A DNA stretch of 64,000 nucleotides from Prevotella sp. (GTDB lineage: Bacteria; Bacteroidota; Bacteroidia; Bacteroidales; Bacteroidaceae), in NCBI RefSeq assembly GCF_034103185.1, contig NZ_JAXEGG010000009.1. One strand, written 5' to 3'. Under the pieces are notes generated by a model. It searched no databases. It worked only from the letters and a program-made list of their open reading frames with translations, and was not told the origin of the DNA. This document shows, in pieces, positions 48,023-58,116 of the stretch; the first letter of the stretch is position 1; each line of letters opens with the position of its first letter. The position numbers were made by a program, and so were the translations under genes.

Positions 48023-49833
48023 TTCGTTACGTTTTCTGATATTAAAATTATGTCTATATTGCCGTCGGGCAGCAGCGGGTCGCAGTGCTCATGGCAGTGT
48101 TTTATTATTACTTTCTCCAATCTTTGCATCTCTTCAGTGGTCAGAACCGACCACATTTGGCGAGCCATGTTGAGCCCTTCTATGTCTTTCTCCACCTCTG
48201 CCTCTGCCAACATCTGCTTCAGGAAGTCGATGTTCATGGTCGTTTTGTGGCTGTGGGTGTCAAGTTTTCCCTCTGCCAGTTTCACCGCCTTGCCTATCAT
48301 CACTCCCATTGCCAGCCTTTCCACACCCAGTTTGCGGGCAATCTTTATCGTCTCACCGATGAAATTGCCGTAGTGTATGAACGCCTGTTCGGGCAGTTCG
48401 GGGTAGAGGGAGCGCATGAAACGCTCGCTTTTCGCCCCGCTGTTGATTACGATTTGAGGAGTGAGCAAGGGGCGATTTTGGTTGGTAACGGACAGACCTA
48501 CCGACATCTCTTTGCGTATAGAGTTAATCCAAGCCTCCGAAGAGAAGGGCTTGACGATGCCGCTCGTGCCAATGATACTTATGCCGTCAACCACTCCGAT
48601 GCGCGGATTGAACGTGCGCTTTCCGGTCTCCCTGCCCTCGGGAACAGTGATTGTCAACGTCGCCGACACTCCTTCCGGCAGCAGCGGCAGCACGTTAAGG
48701 CGTATCATTTGCTGCGGAACTTCGTTTATAGCGGCACTGCCGATGGGCAAGCCCAGCCCCGGCAAGGTGACACGACCTACACCTTCGCCGCCTATTATGT
48801 TGAGCGTTGAGGGGCGAGGAGGGAGAGATGAGGGGTGAGAGAGGGGTGATGTCAGGGGATGGAATACTATCGTTGCCACGATGTCAAGACCGTTGGTGAT
48901 GTCGGGGTCGTCGCCTGCGGTCTTCGTAACGGTGGCAGAGTTTTCGCCGAGAGAGGTGACGCGCACCTCTATGTCCTCACCGTCGGGGATGCGCACGCTC
49001 ACCGTCTGCCGTCTCGTAATTGCTGCAATGGCAGCGGCAGTGGCACATGTGCCGGTGGTGATGCCGGTCTTCAGTTCGTAGAAGTCGGGCAATATCTCCT
49101 GCGTTTTCAGGCGTAGTCCGTGCGGTCCGTTCACTCTCATGAACTTCACTTGCGCGGTGTCAACAGCCGGTCGCTTCACAACAAAGACGGCAATGCCTGC
49201 CTTTCGTGCCGCCTCCACTTTCTCTTCGAAGCCTCCGCTCTCGCCACTCTCCTTTGTTATTATGGCATCGGGGCGCAGTGTGTGTATCGTTGCCGCGGTG
49301 GGTTCGTCGTCATAGAACGTGAGATATTCCCTCGGGAAGCCGTTGCGCAGTGCCAAATCCACCGACGAGTCGCGGTTCAAGATGCGGAACCACGTGCGAT
49401 GCCGCCTCCAGAAAGGTTTCAGTCTGCCTATCGTCTGCACTCCAGTGAGGGCGAGAAGTCGCTCCACGCCGCGGCGTTCCATTTGCTCCACGGCGTCGTT
49501 ATAGTCCTCACACCATACCATGTCATCGCTCCGCGGAGGATATTGCCGCTCGTATCTTATCACCGGCAGTTGCTTCCTGCGCGCCGCCTCGATGATGTTG
49601 CGGTGCAGATTTTCGGCAAACGGGTGTGCAGCATCAATGATAAGAGCAATGCCTTTCTCGTCGCAGAACTGCCCGATGGTGTCGATGTCCATTGCCCCGG
49701 TGGTGCGGACACCGTGCACGAGGTCTATTTCCTGCTCGCTTCCACGAGTGGAATAATAGAACGTCTTGCCCGCATCTTCGAGCGCAATGGCTGCCTTCCG
49801 CCCTTCAGTAGTGCCGCCGAAAACCAAAATCAT
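48019..49833 (-). CDS. cbiD: CbiJ(CobK)-CbiD fusion
   Basis: ILVFGGTTEGR, IDAAHPFA, TKESG (CbiJ); KTGITTGTCATAAA, RTFNPRIG..GISIIGTSG (CbiD). Confidence 0.92.
   Translation of the reverse strand: MILVFGGTTEGRKAAIALEDAGKTFYYSTRGSEQEIDLVHGVRTTGAMDIDTIGQFCDEKGIALIIDAAHPFAENLHRNIIEAARRKQLPVIRYERQYPPRSDDMVWCEDYNDAVEQMERRGVERLLALTGVQTIGRLKPFWRRHRTWFRILNRDSSVDLALRNGFPREYLTFYDDEPTAATIHTLRPDAIITKESGESGGFEEKVEAARKAGIAVFVVKRPAVDTAQVKFMRVNGPHGLRLKTQEILPDFYELKTGITTGTCATAAAIAAITRRQTVSVRIPDGEDIEVRVTSLGENSATVTKTAGDDPDITNGLDIVATIVFHPLTSPLSHPSSLPPRPSTLNIIGGEGVGRVTLPGLGLPIGSAAINEVPQQMIRLNVLPLLPEGVSATLTITVPEGRETGKRTFNPRIGVVDGISIIGTSGIVKPFSSEAWINSIRKEMSVGLSVTNQNRPLLTPQIVINSGAKSERFMRSLYPELPEQAFIHYGNFIGETIKIARKLGVERLAMGVMIGKAVKLAEGKLDTHSHKTTMNIDFLKQMLAEAEVEKDIEGLNMARQMWSVLTTEEMQRLEKVIIKHCHEHCDPLLPDGNIDIILISENVTK
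48801..48860 (-). repeat. Heptamer-period low-complexity insert inside the cbiD part
   Basis: Plus strand tgagcgt tgagggg cgaggag ggagaga tgagggg tgagaga...; encodes HPLTSPLSHPSSLPPRPSTL. Confidence 0.7.
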
Positions 49834-49869
49834 ACTTCAACCACGTTTATCTTATTATCCACGCAGGCT

Positions 49870-51630
49870 TCAATTCCTGAACAAGTGGCTGAAATTCCGG
49901 TCGTACAGCAACGACGTATTGGAGCGGTTGTCTATCGCTTCGCCCACCACAATCATCGTTGTAAGCGTGAGGTCGTGACTCTTTACTATCTCTGCGAGGT
50001 TCTTCAACTTACCCCTGTATATCGCCTGATCTTTCCACGTGAGGTGGTAGCAGGCAGCAATGGGGGTGTCTTCGGGATACTCCTCAAGCAGCTGTGCCTG
50101 CACATCATCCACTATCGAGGCACTGAGGAAGATGCACATGGTGCTCTGCGAACGCGCCAGCAAGTGCAGTTTCTCCCGCTCAGGCATCGGTGTGCGCCCT
50201 TCGCCGCGTGTGAGTATTATCGTCTGACAGCGTTCCGGAATGGTGAATTGCGACCGCAGTTCTGCCGCAGCCGCGAGGAACGATGATATGCCGGGCGTGA
50301 TGTGGTAACTCATGCCGTGCTCATCGAAGAACGCCATCTGCTCCTGTATTGCCCCGAAAATGCACGGGTCGCCGGTGTGCAGGCGCACTATGAACGCGCC
50401 ACGGTCATAGAAACTCTTCATCAGTGAGCACTGTTCGTCAAGGTTCATGTCTGCCGACGAGCGCACCGTGGCACCCTCCTTTGCGCAGAGAGTGAGTTCG
50501 CGGGGCACCAAAGAGCCTGCATACAGTATAAGGTCGGCACGCTCGAGCATCCTTCTTCCGCGCACAGAGACCAGCTCCGGGTCGCCCGGACCGGCACCGA
50601 CAATCTCGATATGCCCTCTACGCAGCCACCTTCTGCCTATTGCTGCGGCAACAGTGAAGTTGCTTCCTTTCTGCTTTTCTATCAGCATTTCGCCACCATC
50701 GGCCAGCAGCAATGCCGCCGCCTCGCTCACACTTGGCGTACCGACGTGCTTCGCCACCGTTTCGCTTGGCGTTGGAACGTCAATCTCCGACAGCTGCGAT
50801 GCGGTGAAAAAGGTGAAATCCTCACCGTCTGCAATCATCCGCCTAACCACCGGTTCGTCGCTTTTTATGTCTATCGTGGCATATCGGCACGCCTCATCCA
50901 TGATACCCTTTGCGGCTACAGCAGAGCGTATTCCGCTTATAACATCGTCTGCAGGGGCAGCCTGATGCGCCAGTCCTATGCCCACCGAAACGGCGCGCGG
51001 CACGAAACGCAGGCACAGCATGCCCTCGGGCACGGCTCGGCGGAACGGCGACACGATGATGCACAGCGCGAAACCTCCCTGCGAGAGTTCCTCCTCGCTG
51101 CCAACGATGGTGACATGCTCCGGCTTTGTTTCCTCCAGAAAGTCGGTTCCGCGGTCGCGAGTCTCAAGCCAGAGAGCCGTCGGCTGCCTGTTGACAAAGG
51201 TGGTGATGATGTTGTTCATGGCATTGTCGGCAACCTCGCTCCACCCGAAGTCGGAGGCGATGGTGTCGAGAGCCCACAGTCCTTGGTTGTCGCTCTGGGT
51301 CGTGATCACCGGTCGCGCCCCAATCGCCGCAGCCACCTCGCGCGCCAGTCGGTTTGCTCCCCCCACGTGTCCCGACAGCACCGAAATCACGTTTCGCCCC
51401 ATGCTGTCAACGCATATCACGGCAGGGTCGGTGTGTTTGTCGCCGATGAGCGGCGCGACAGTTCTCACACAAATGCCCATTGCACCAATGAATATGAAAG
51501 CATCGCGCTCGTTGAAGAGCCGCGCAACGTCGCTGCGACCGGCCATGTCTATATCTCCGCCGACGGTCTTTTTCAGAGTTTCGGCAATGTTGTCACCCTC
51601 CTGAGTGACCGTTATGATTGATATTCTCAT
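49870..51630 (-). CDS. cbiF: CbiG-CbiF(CobM) fusion
   Basis: KHTDPAVICVD..LSGHVGGAN, GTPSVSEAAA (CbiG); VGAGPGDPEL, RLHTGDP, PGISSF (CbiF). Confidence 0.92.
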   Translation of the reverse strand: MRISIITVTQEGDNIAETLKKTVGGDIDMAGRSDVARLFNERDAFIFIGAMGICVRTVAPLIGDKHTDPAVICVDSMGRNVISVLSGHVGGANRLAREVAAAIGARPVITTQSDNQGLWALDTIASDFGWSEVADNAMNNIITTFVNRQPTALWLETRDRGTDFLEETKPEHVTIVGSEEELSQGGFALCIIVSPFRRAVPEGMLCLRFVPRAVSVGIGLAHQAAPADDVISGIRSAVAAKGIMDEACRYATIDIKSDEPVVRRMIADGEDFTFFTASQLSEIDVPTPSETVAKHVGTPSVSEAAALLLADGGEMLIEKQKGSNFTVAAAIGRRWLRRGHIEIVGAGPGDPELVSVRGRRMLERADLILYAGSLVPRELTLCAKEGATVRSSADMNLDEQCSLMKSFYDRGAFIVRLHTGDPCIFGAIQEQMAFFDEHGMSYHITPGISSFLAAAAELRSQFTIPERCQTIILTRGEGRTPMPEREKLHLLARSQSTMCIFLSASIVDDVQAQLLEEYPEDTPIAACYHLTWKDQAIYRGKLKNLAEIVKSHDLTLTTMIVVGEAIDNRSNTSLLYDRNFSHLFRN

Positions 51631-52859
51631 TTTTTTCTTGCTTTAAGAATGTTTATCGGGTGGTATAAATCTATTGCTACGCGCAGGGGCTGTTCCACGG
51701 TAAGTCCCGCTTCGGCAGCGGCATTGTTGAAAATCTCTATGCTGTCGCGCGGAATACGCGGGTCTGTCGTGGTCTCCACAGCCACGCAGTTGTACACTAT
51801 CACCCCTCCCGGTGTCATCTCCCGCGCCGCCTTCAGTATTATTTCGCGCAGATGTCCGCCATGTCCGCCGATGAAAACGGCGTCGGGGTCGGGGTACGCA
51901 GAGGTGTCGGCATCGAGGAAGTCGCCCATTGAGATGTTTATCCCCGGTGTCCCTAAGCGTCGCATATTGGTGTTTATGATGTCTTCACACTCACTCCTCG
52001 TCTCGAACGACGTCACGTGAAGTTGCGGGAATTGCTGCCTCGCCTCTATCGAAACCGAGCCGGTGCAGAACCCGATGTCCCACAGCGAGCGGCGATGTTG
52101 CAGTTCGAGGGCAGCGAGGGTGAGGTGGCGTATCGGAGCCTTGGTTATCATCAGTGGTCTGCCGGGCAGCGAAAGAAACTCCGCATCGGGAATTGGAACC
52201 ATTTTCTCGCGCTCGTTCACGGCAGTGATAATCACGCAGTTGGGCATGAGAGCCTCATATTCCGCAGCCTCTTCGAGCGAAAACGTGCCAACCCTCTCGC
52301 CGCTATCATTGCCCAGCAGTTCGCCGATGTGCATCACGTAGTTGTCGTAGCCGTATTCCAGCATGCGTCGCGCAATGGCAGCCGGTGTATGATTTCGGTC
52401 GGTGAGCACCCCAATCTTGGGCATCCTCCTTATCAATGCGGTGTCAAATTCGTGCCACGGGCGACCCGTAAGCGTCACCGTCTGCATGTCGTGATACGGC
52501 AGCAGCAGTCGGTGGGCAAGCGTTTGCAACGAGTTGAGCGTGGGCATTGTCTTTATCACAGCCCCCGGTATGCGCCTCTGTATGGTGGCAGCGAAGCCGA
52601 AGAAAAGCGGGTCGCCGGAAGCGAACACAACGATGGTGTCGCCTGTCTTCTCATATTCTGCAAACACATCGTCGAGCGGTACGGTGATGTCTATCCACCT
52701 CGCGCCTGCCGGGAGCAGGTGTGCCACGATGTCATGGTGACGCTTTCCGCCGGAGAAAACCCTGCCGGAGGCAATCGCCTGCAGTGCATCGCGCGACAGC
52801 GACGGGTCGTGACTATCGTCGATACCTATTACTATATAGTCGGCTCTGCGTTCTGTCAT
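51627..52859 (-). CDS. cbiE: CbiE-CbiT precorrin-6Y C5,15-methyltransferase (decarboxylating)
   Basis: VFASGDPLFFG, LTGRPW; WDIGFCTGSVSIE, VFIGGHGG; start MTERRADY overlaps the upstream stop (ATGA). Confidence 0.9.
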   Translation of the reverse strand: MTERRADYIVIGIDDSHDPSLSRDALQAIASGRVFSGGKRHHDIVAHLLPAGARWIDITVPLDDVFAEYEKTGDTIVVFASGDPLFFGFAATIQRRIPGAVIKTMPTLNSLQTLAHRLLLPYHDMQTVTLTGRPWHEFDTALIRRMPKIGVLTDRNHTPAAIARRMLEYGYDNYVMHIGELLGNDSGERVGTFSLEEAAEYEALMPNCVIITAVNEREKMVPIPDAEFLSLPGRPLMITKAPIRHLTLAALELQHRRSLWDIGFCTGSVSIEARQQFPQLHVTSFETRSECEDIINTNMRRLGTPGINISMGDFLDADTSAYPDPDAVFIGGHGGHLREIILKAAREMTPGGVIVYNCVAVETTTDPRIPRDSIEIFNNAAAEAGLTVEQPLRVAIDLYHPINILKARKK

Positions 52860-54283
52860 ACGTCTCTGCCGGGCATTAACTGTTGCGCATCGTCCCATGC
52901 CAGTATGCTGTTGACCAGCGTTGCGGCAAGATTGCTTCCCCCCTTGCGCCCTTCCACGATTATCTTTGGCACGTCGCGGAACACCTTCACCATGTGCTTC
53001 GACTCGCACACGTGTACGAAACCCACCGGTGCGGCTATGATGCCGGCAGGCTTTGCCTTGTCCTGACGCATCAAAGAGCACAGTTCGATGAGTGCCGTGG
53101 GAGCATTGCCGAACACGAACAGCGCGTCGGGATGTTCCTCCACTGCCAGCCTGATGCCAGCCTGACTGCGCGTGATGCCTTTCTTCTTTGCCATTTCAGC
53201 CACGCGAGGGTCGGCAAGATAACACTTCACCTCAATCCCCATTCTGCTGCAAGCCGCCTTTCGTATGCCTGCGGCAGCCATTGTTACGTCGGTGACGATG
53301 GTGTTGAGTCTGCCTTTTTCAATCTCCCCGAACATGCGCGGCACAGCCTCCTCGGTGGTGTATATTATATCCTCCATTGCGAAATCGGCACTTGTGTGAA
53401 TGGCATGCAGCAAGGGCCAGAGGCGGTAGAGCGGAGCGTCGGGGTTGCTCATCTCGGAGCGTATGGTGCGGAAACTCTCCATCATAATCTCCTGCCCCAC
53501 GCCCACTTCTTTATTTCCGCCGTCGCCTTCGGTATTCTCCTCGCGGTAATATCCTCGCGGCGTTATCATCGAACCGCCGTGGCAATAACTCTGGCTGTTG
53601 CCTATTATCACCACGGTGAACATGTCTATCTGTTCGGGGTCAAACTCTCCGAGTGTCGTTTGAAACACTTCCTCCTCCGGTCTGCCCGCCTGACGCACGT
53701 AGCCCACCGGTGTTTTCGGGTCGCGGTGCATGAGGAAAATCTCCTGAAGGCGGTAGAGTTGCCAGTAGCGGCCGTTGCTCTTGGGGTTATACACGGCAGT
53801 AACGAAGTCGGCTTCGGCAGCTGCGGTGATGCGTTTCTCTATCGTTGCCCACGGAGTCATGAGGTCGCTGAGCGAGATAACGCAGAAGTCGTGCCCCACG
53901 GGAGCACCGAGCAGCGACGCAGCCTTCTGGAAAGCCGAGATGCCGGGAAGCGAAACAATCTCGATGTCGGCATCGGCATACCGGCGTTTCATCTCGTAAA
54001 TCAGCGGTGTCATACCGTAGATGGCGGCATCGCCGCTGCTTATCACCACCACGTGCTGCCCCTGCATAGCCATGTCGAATGCCTGTTGCGCACGGTCGCG
54101 CTCGCGTTTCATCCCTGTGTCTATGCACCGGCACCCCTCTTTCACATACTTCTCGATGAAGCGGAAGTAGTATTTATATCCCACCACCACGTCTGCCTCG
54201 CCGATACTCTTTATCACTGCCGGCGTGATGTCTGCCTCGCTGCCCGGTCCTATGCCTGCAACGGTAATCCTTGCCTTGCCCAT
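52856..54283 (-). CDS. cbiH: CbiH(CobJ)-CbiC(CobH) fusion
   Basis: VAGIGPG, ISSGDAAIYG, ISLSDLMTPW, YNPKS (CbiH); IHTSADF, GNAPTAL, PVGFV, GRKGGS (CbiC). Confidence 0.92.
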   Translation of the reverse strand: MGKARITVAGIGPGSEADITPAVIKSIGEADVVVGYKYYFRFIEKYVKEGCRCIDTGMKRERDRAQQAFDMAMQGQHVVVISSGDAAIYGMTPLIYEMKRRYADADIEIVSLPGISAFQKAASLLGAPVGHDFCVISLSDLMTPWATIEKRITAAAEADFVTAVYNPKSNGRYWQLYRLQEIFLMHRDPKTPVGYVRQAGRPEEEVFQTTLGEFDPEQIDMFTVVIIGNSQSYCHGGSMITPRGYYREENTEGDGGNKEVGVGQEIMMESFRTIRSEMSNPDAPLYRLWPLLHAIHTSADFAMEDIIYTTEEAVPRMFGEIEKGRLNTIVTDVTMAAAGIRKAACSRMGIEVKCYLADPRVAEMAKKKGITRSQAGIRLAVEEHPDALFVFGNAPTALIELCSLMRQDKAKPAGIIAAPVGFVHVCESKHMVKVFRDVPKIIVEGRKGGSNLAATLVNSILAWDDAQQLMPGRDV

Positions 54284-54429
54284 ATATCTGATAATATTGC
54301 TGTTTTGTTTTATCCCAAATCGGTCGTCAGACCACTTATGTACGCCTTCGATAAGAACGACACCCAATCTGTCGGGCAATCGAACACAATCAGTACGCGC
54401 TCTAACTACCTACTTGGATTATCTGAATG

Positions 54430-54437
54430 CAAAAATA
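54430..54437 (-). promoter_or_regulatory. Internal -7 promoter box upstream of cbiH-cbiC
   Basis: TATTTTTG on the minus strand ~150 bp before the start, in an AT-rich patch. Confidence 0.5.
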
Positions 54438-54537
54438 CAAAAAAAAGTTCAAGCATGTTTTATTTCACCAATCTTTTTTATCCGTAGCGTTGCGGGCATC
54501 GCAGATAATGGCGATAGCGTACGGAATATTTTGGCAA

Positions 54538-54681
54538 ATATGCGCTTTCCGCCTTTGGTTTACGCCATAATGCTGCGCGTCCGGGCATGTTGCGTAAAGT
54601 AAATTCGGCGAAATTGCAAACCAAAATCGGCGAGATTACTTTGCAAAATCGGCGATTTTGGTCGGCAAAACCGGCTGTTTT
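54538..54681 (-). repeat. Dispersed intergenic element, copy 4: 22-bp-period array plus tail
   Basis: Units at 54601, 54623, 54645, 54667: aaattcggcgaaatt, aaaatcggcgagatt, aaaatcggcgatttt, aaaaccggctgtttt. Confidence 0.88.
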
Positions 54682-54729
54682 GCAAAACGCCTTATTATAT
54701 ATCACGCTGCAACATGCTGCCTACAGGGT

Positions 54730-54790
54730 AAAAAAAGAACCCGCATCGGGAGCGGTCGGTATTCCTGCCGGTCTCACGATGCGGATTTCT
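54730..54790 (-). terminator. Intrinsic terminator after cbiK
   Basis: agaacccgcatcg...cgatgcggatttct stem; the A-run on plus is a U-tract on minus. Confidence 0.65.
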
Positions 54791-54847
54791 ATTTATCGTC
54801 TCTCACGCCATGCGTTGCGCTTGGCACGAGGAGTTGCGGGTCAAAGT

Positions 54848-55993
54848 TTACTCTGCAGCTGTGGTTGGAGTGGAGAGGGCTTCGTCTGTTCCGAGTTTCT
54901 TGATAGCCTCTTTTGTGTGTTCTATCCACATCCGGCGCACTGCCGAACGCTCGCCGAGAGCCGGGATATACTCACTGCCTTCCTTATATCCCTTCCAGCA
55001 AGCCTCTGCCTTGGGATAGTTAGTCTCGTAAGCAGTGGTTTTGAAGCCCTTTGCGTTGAGGTAGCAGTACCAGCTTTCCTCGTCGTCGGGGTCTGCCATG
55101 TCGTTGTGAGCATGGTCGCCGGCGATGAACATCAGCGGATAGAGCTGCACCTTGGTGCCCTTCTTCAGACCTGTTTTGAGCATACGTTCATACATGTCGG
55201 GGAGCAAATTGCCGGGCATGTCAACCGTTCCTACGAACAGTTTTTGGGAAAGCAGTCCGTTGAAGGCATTCTCAAGTTCAGTGTAACGCCGGTTTGCTCC
55301 GTCGTAGTCGTAACCTTCAGGGTTGCCGTGACCCATGAAAGCCACAACACCTTCTTGGAGAGCAGCCTTTATGTCCTTCTCTTGAAGGAGGTTTTTGGCG
55401 AGTGTAGTCACATCAGCATCTTCTGCCATCAGCGGTGTTCCCACCACAACCTGCTTGTCGATGCTCTTCATGTATGCTTCGGTGAAGTCGCCGTTGTGGT
55501 TGTTCATGAAGTCTTTCACGTAAGAGTCGCGCACGCGGCGGTATTCCTCACCGGGTGTAACCTGCAGCGACTGCACCACAATCTGCTTGTAGCCTGCCAG
55601 TCCGATTGCTGTGAGCCAGTGCTCGGGATCGAAGTATTCGCGCACCTCTGCACCCTCTGCCTTGTGCTCTCCGGCACGTGCATTGTTGATACAGATAGCC
55701 GAAGAGAACGAGAGATAGACATCGTAATTCGGGAATGTCTTCTCATATTCGCTCTTCACGGAGTCGAATGTGTCGAAAGCCTGCTGCCATGTAGCACCGA
55801 AGGCAACGAGGAGGATTACCTTGTCGCTCTTCTTGTGTTTCTTTACGGTTTCGTTAACCACATTCTGGTAGCGGTCGTAATTGGACTGCCCACCGTTGTT
55901 GTCGTCATCGTCGTCACCGCAAGAGGTGAACGCCACAGAACCAATAATTGCCATCATGGCAATCATCAAAAACTTAATCTTCTTCATAATCAC
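54848..55993 (-). CDS. cbiK: CbiK-type cobaltochelatase carried on a lipoprotein
   Basis: AFTSC-GDDDDDNN lipobox plus acidic export signal; ILLVAFGAT, GEEY, FMGHGN and AGDHA metal-binding His motifs. Confidence 0.88.
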   Translation of the reverse strand: MIMKKIKFLMIAMMAIIGSVAFTSCGDDDDDNNGGQSNYDRYQNVVNETVKKHKKSDKVILLVAFGATWQQAFDTFDSVKSEYEKTFPNYDVYLSFSSAICINNARAGEHKAEGAEVREYFDPEHWLTAIGLAGYKQIVVQSLQVTPGEEYRRVRDSYVKDFMNNHNGDFTEAYMKSIDKQVVVGTPLMAEDADVTTLAKNLLQEKDIKAALQEGVVAFMGHGNPEGYDYDGANRRYTELENAFNGLLSQKLFVGTVDMPGNLLPDMYERMLKTGLKKGTKVQLYPLMFIAGDHAHNDMADPDDEESWYCYLNAKGFKTTAYETNYPKAEACWKGYKEGSEYIPALGERSAVRRMWIEHTKEAIKKLGTDEALSTPTTAAE

Positions 55994-58103
55994 TTTGTTT
56001 TACGTTAGAATTGAATTTATTTGAGGTTTTCTTACCTTTCGAAAACTTTATCGTGAACTTTGCATATATCGTGGTGCCGGGTGTGTTCGTGCCGAGATGC
56101 AGCCCGTGAGGGGTGCGGTCAACATAGTTGAAGATGTTGTCAACTCCTGCCTCTATGCTGTAACTCATGGTCTTGCTGCGCCCGAAGTCGTGGACGGTGT
56201 TGATGCGCCAGATGTTGTAACCCTTTCCGTTGCCATTGATTTGATAGTATCTTTTCGACGACATCTTGCCGTATAATCCTATTCCGAGTGAATAGTTCGA
56301 CGAGAAGGTGTGGTTCCATGTAGCGAACACGTTACCCTTGTGGCGCGCCATACCGTCGATGATGACGCGGTTCATGGTATTGTTCTCGCTGTTGTAGAGG
56401 TTTGCCCGGGTGTTGAGATAACTGTATCCCACCCCCATGCTGAACCCGCGCACGCGGTATCTGGCAGAGAAGTCGATGCCCACGGTCTTGGCGTCTTCCA
56501 CGTTGCGGTATTGTCTTACTGCCATAGGGTCGTATTCCACGATATATTCTCCCGGTGCTTCGGAGTTGGGTATTGTCACCAGCGTAATCATGTTATCCAC
56601 GCGGTTGTGGTAGGCAGTCAGCGTAACCGACAGTCCGTTGGCGTTGTATTCGCCCCCGAGCGAGAAATAGTTGCTTGACTGCGGCTTCAGGTCGGTGTTT
56701 CCGAGGTATAGGTATGTTCCTATCATGCTCCTCACGTAGCGGTAATACATCTCCTTGGTGGTGGGCACTTTGAATCCCTGACTCCACGTTGCTCTCCAAC
56801 GCAGCCGCTCTCCGGTGCGCAGCATGGCAGAGAGTTTCGGTGTGAGTCGGTAGCCGAACATGTTGTTGTGGTTAAGTCGCAGTCCGGCACTGATGTTGAG
56901 CCACGGTATGAAGTCGAACTCATCCTGCACGTATATCGCCTCGTGGCTTGCATCAGCCTTGCCATCCACCACTCTTGCCGGTGCCTTCAGCCAGTCGTAT
57001 CTGTACTCCATTCCCACCGACAGGCGGTTGTTGCAGGGCAGCGTGAACACACCCTTGACTTCGGCAATGGTGCGCTGTTGGTCGCTCTGAAGCAGCTGTT
57101 GAGTGGGGAAATACGGGTAATAGTGAGTAAACTTACCTTTATAATATCCGTCTGTAAGCGTGGTATCGGTGAAGAGATAATAGTATGCGTGCCGATCCCA
57201 GCTCACGTCGAGCGTGATGTAGTCGGTCTTAGACAAATTCAGTCTCGCACCGCCTCCGGCAGAGACGTTGCGATACATGAGGTCGAAAGTGTGGACATCG
57301 GTTGAGGCATACTTGCCCGACGGTCTGAATATCCGTTTCCAATAGAAACTTCCATCGGCGTAAATCTGCAGTTTCTTAGTGGCTTGATAGGTCAGCCTCT
57401 CGGCTATCTGCCAGTTGGTATGGCGGTTTGCGGTCTTGTTTCGGGAGTCGGTGATAAGGAATTCGGTCTGGTGTATGTCCTCTACCGATGTGTTCTGCCA
57501 GCCGTCGTTGTGCTGCCATTGGAAGTTAGTGAACGACTGCAGTTTGCCTATTGTAAGTCCCAGTCCGTTATGTTGCCTAACATCTCCGTAACTTCCCACC
57601 CTCGTTGAGTTCTCCACGAGTATTCCGTCGTTGTGCTTCTTGGTGATGATGTTCACCACGCCCGCTATTGCATCGCTTCCGTATAGTGCCGACGAAGCAC
57701 CCTTCACGATTTCTATATGGTCGATGTTCTGCGGGTCTATGAGTCCGAGGTCGTTGTCTCCGCCGTTGTCTCCGTGTATTCTCCTTCCGTCGATGAGGAT
57801 GAGTATGTAGGAGTTTCCGAGCCCGTTGATTTGCATTCTCGACCCCATGTCGCTCTGGTTGAAGTCGAACGATGCCGACAACATTCCCAAGATGTCTTCT
57901 ATGCTGCGTGCTCCGTAGTTGCGAAGTTGCTTTCCGCTGATTACTTCTGTCTGCACAGGGGCGTTCTTCAGCAGATGTTCTGTGCCGGTACCCGTGACCA
58001 CCACCTCGTCGAGAGTGACTTCCTTGTCACTCACGACTTGTGCCGAGGCGGTCATTGTCAGGGCACATAACGTTACTGAAACTATCAATAGTCGTTTGCG
58101 CAT
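55974..58103 (-). CDS. TonB-dependent receptor (BtuB/CirA-like)
   Basis: LDEVVVTGTGT, ILIDGRRI, IEIVKGASSALYGSDAIAGVVNIIT, EAGVDNIFN. Confidence 0.9.
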   Translation of the reverse strand: MRKRLLIVSVTLCALTMTASAQVVSDKEVTLDEVVVTGTGTEHLLKNAPVQTEVISGKQLRNYGARSIEDILGMLSASFDFNQSDMGSRMQINGLGNSYILILIDGRRIHGDNGGDNDLGLIDPQNIDHIEIVKGASSALYGSDAIAGVVNIITKKHNDGILVENSTRVGSYGDVRQHNGLGLTIGKLQSFTNFQWQHNDGWQNTSVEDIHQTEFLITDSRNKTANRHTNWQIAERLTYQATKKLQIYADGSFYWKRIFRPSGKYASTDVHTFDLMYRNVSAGGGARLNLSKTDYITLDVSWDRHAYYYLFTDTTLTDGYYKGKFTHYYPYFPTQQLLQSDQQRTIAEVKGVFTLPCNNRLSVGMEYRYDWLKAPARVVDGKADASHEAIYVQDEFDFIPWLNISAGLRLNHNNMFGYRLTPKLSAMLRTGERLRWRATWSQGFKVPTTKEMYYRYVRSMIGTYLYLGNTDLKPQSSNYFSLGGEYNANGLSVTLTAYHNRVDNMITLVTIPNSEAPGEYIVEYDPMAVRQYRNVEDAKTVGIDFSARYRVRGFSMGVGYSYLNTRANLYNSENNTMNRVIIDGMARHKGNVFATWNHTFSSNYSLGIGLYGKMSSKRYYQINGNGKGYNIWRINTVHDFGRSKTMSYSIEAGVDNIFNYVDRTPHGLHLGTNTPGTTIYAKFTIKFSKGKKTSNKFNSNVKQSDYEED

Positions 58104-58116
58104 CGTCTTTTCTTTA

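Noticed and set aside
52883-56008. Long antisense ORFs (52883-54487, 54587-56008; also 12308-13534, 9002-10072, 46916-47986)
   Set aside because: Shadow frames opposite well-supported genes, with no recognisable motifs; expected from strong codon bias.
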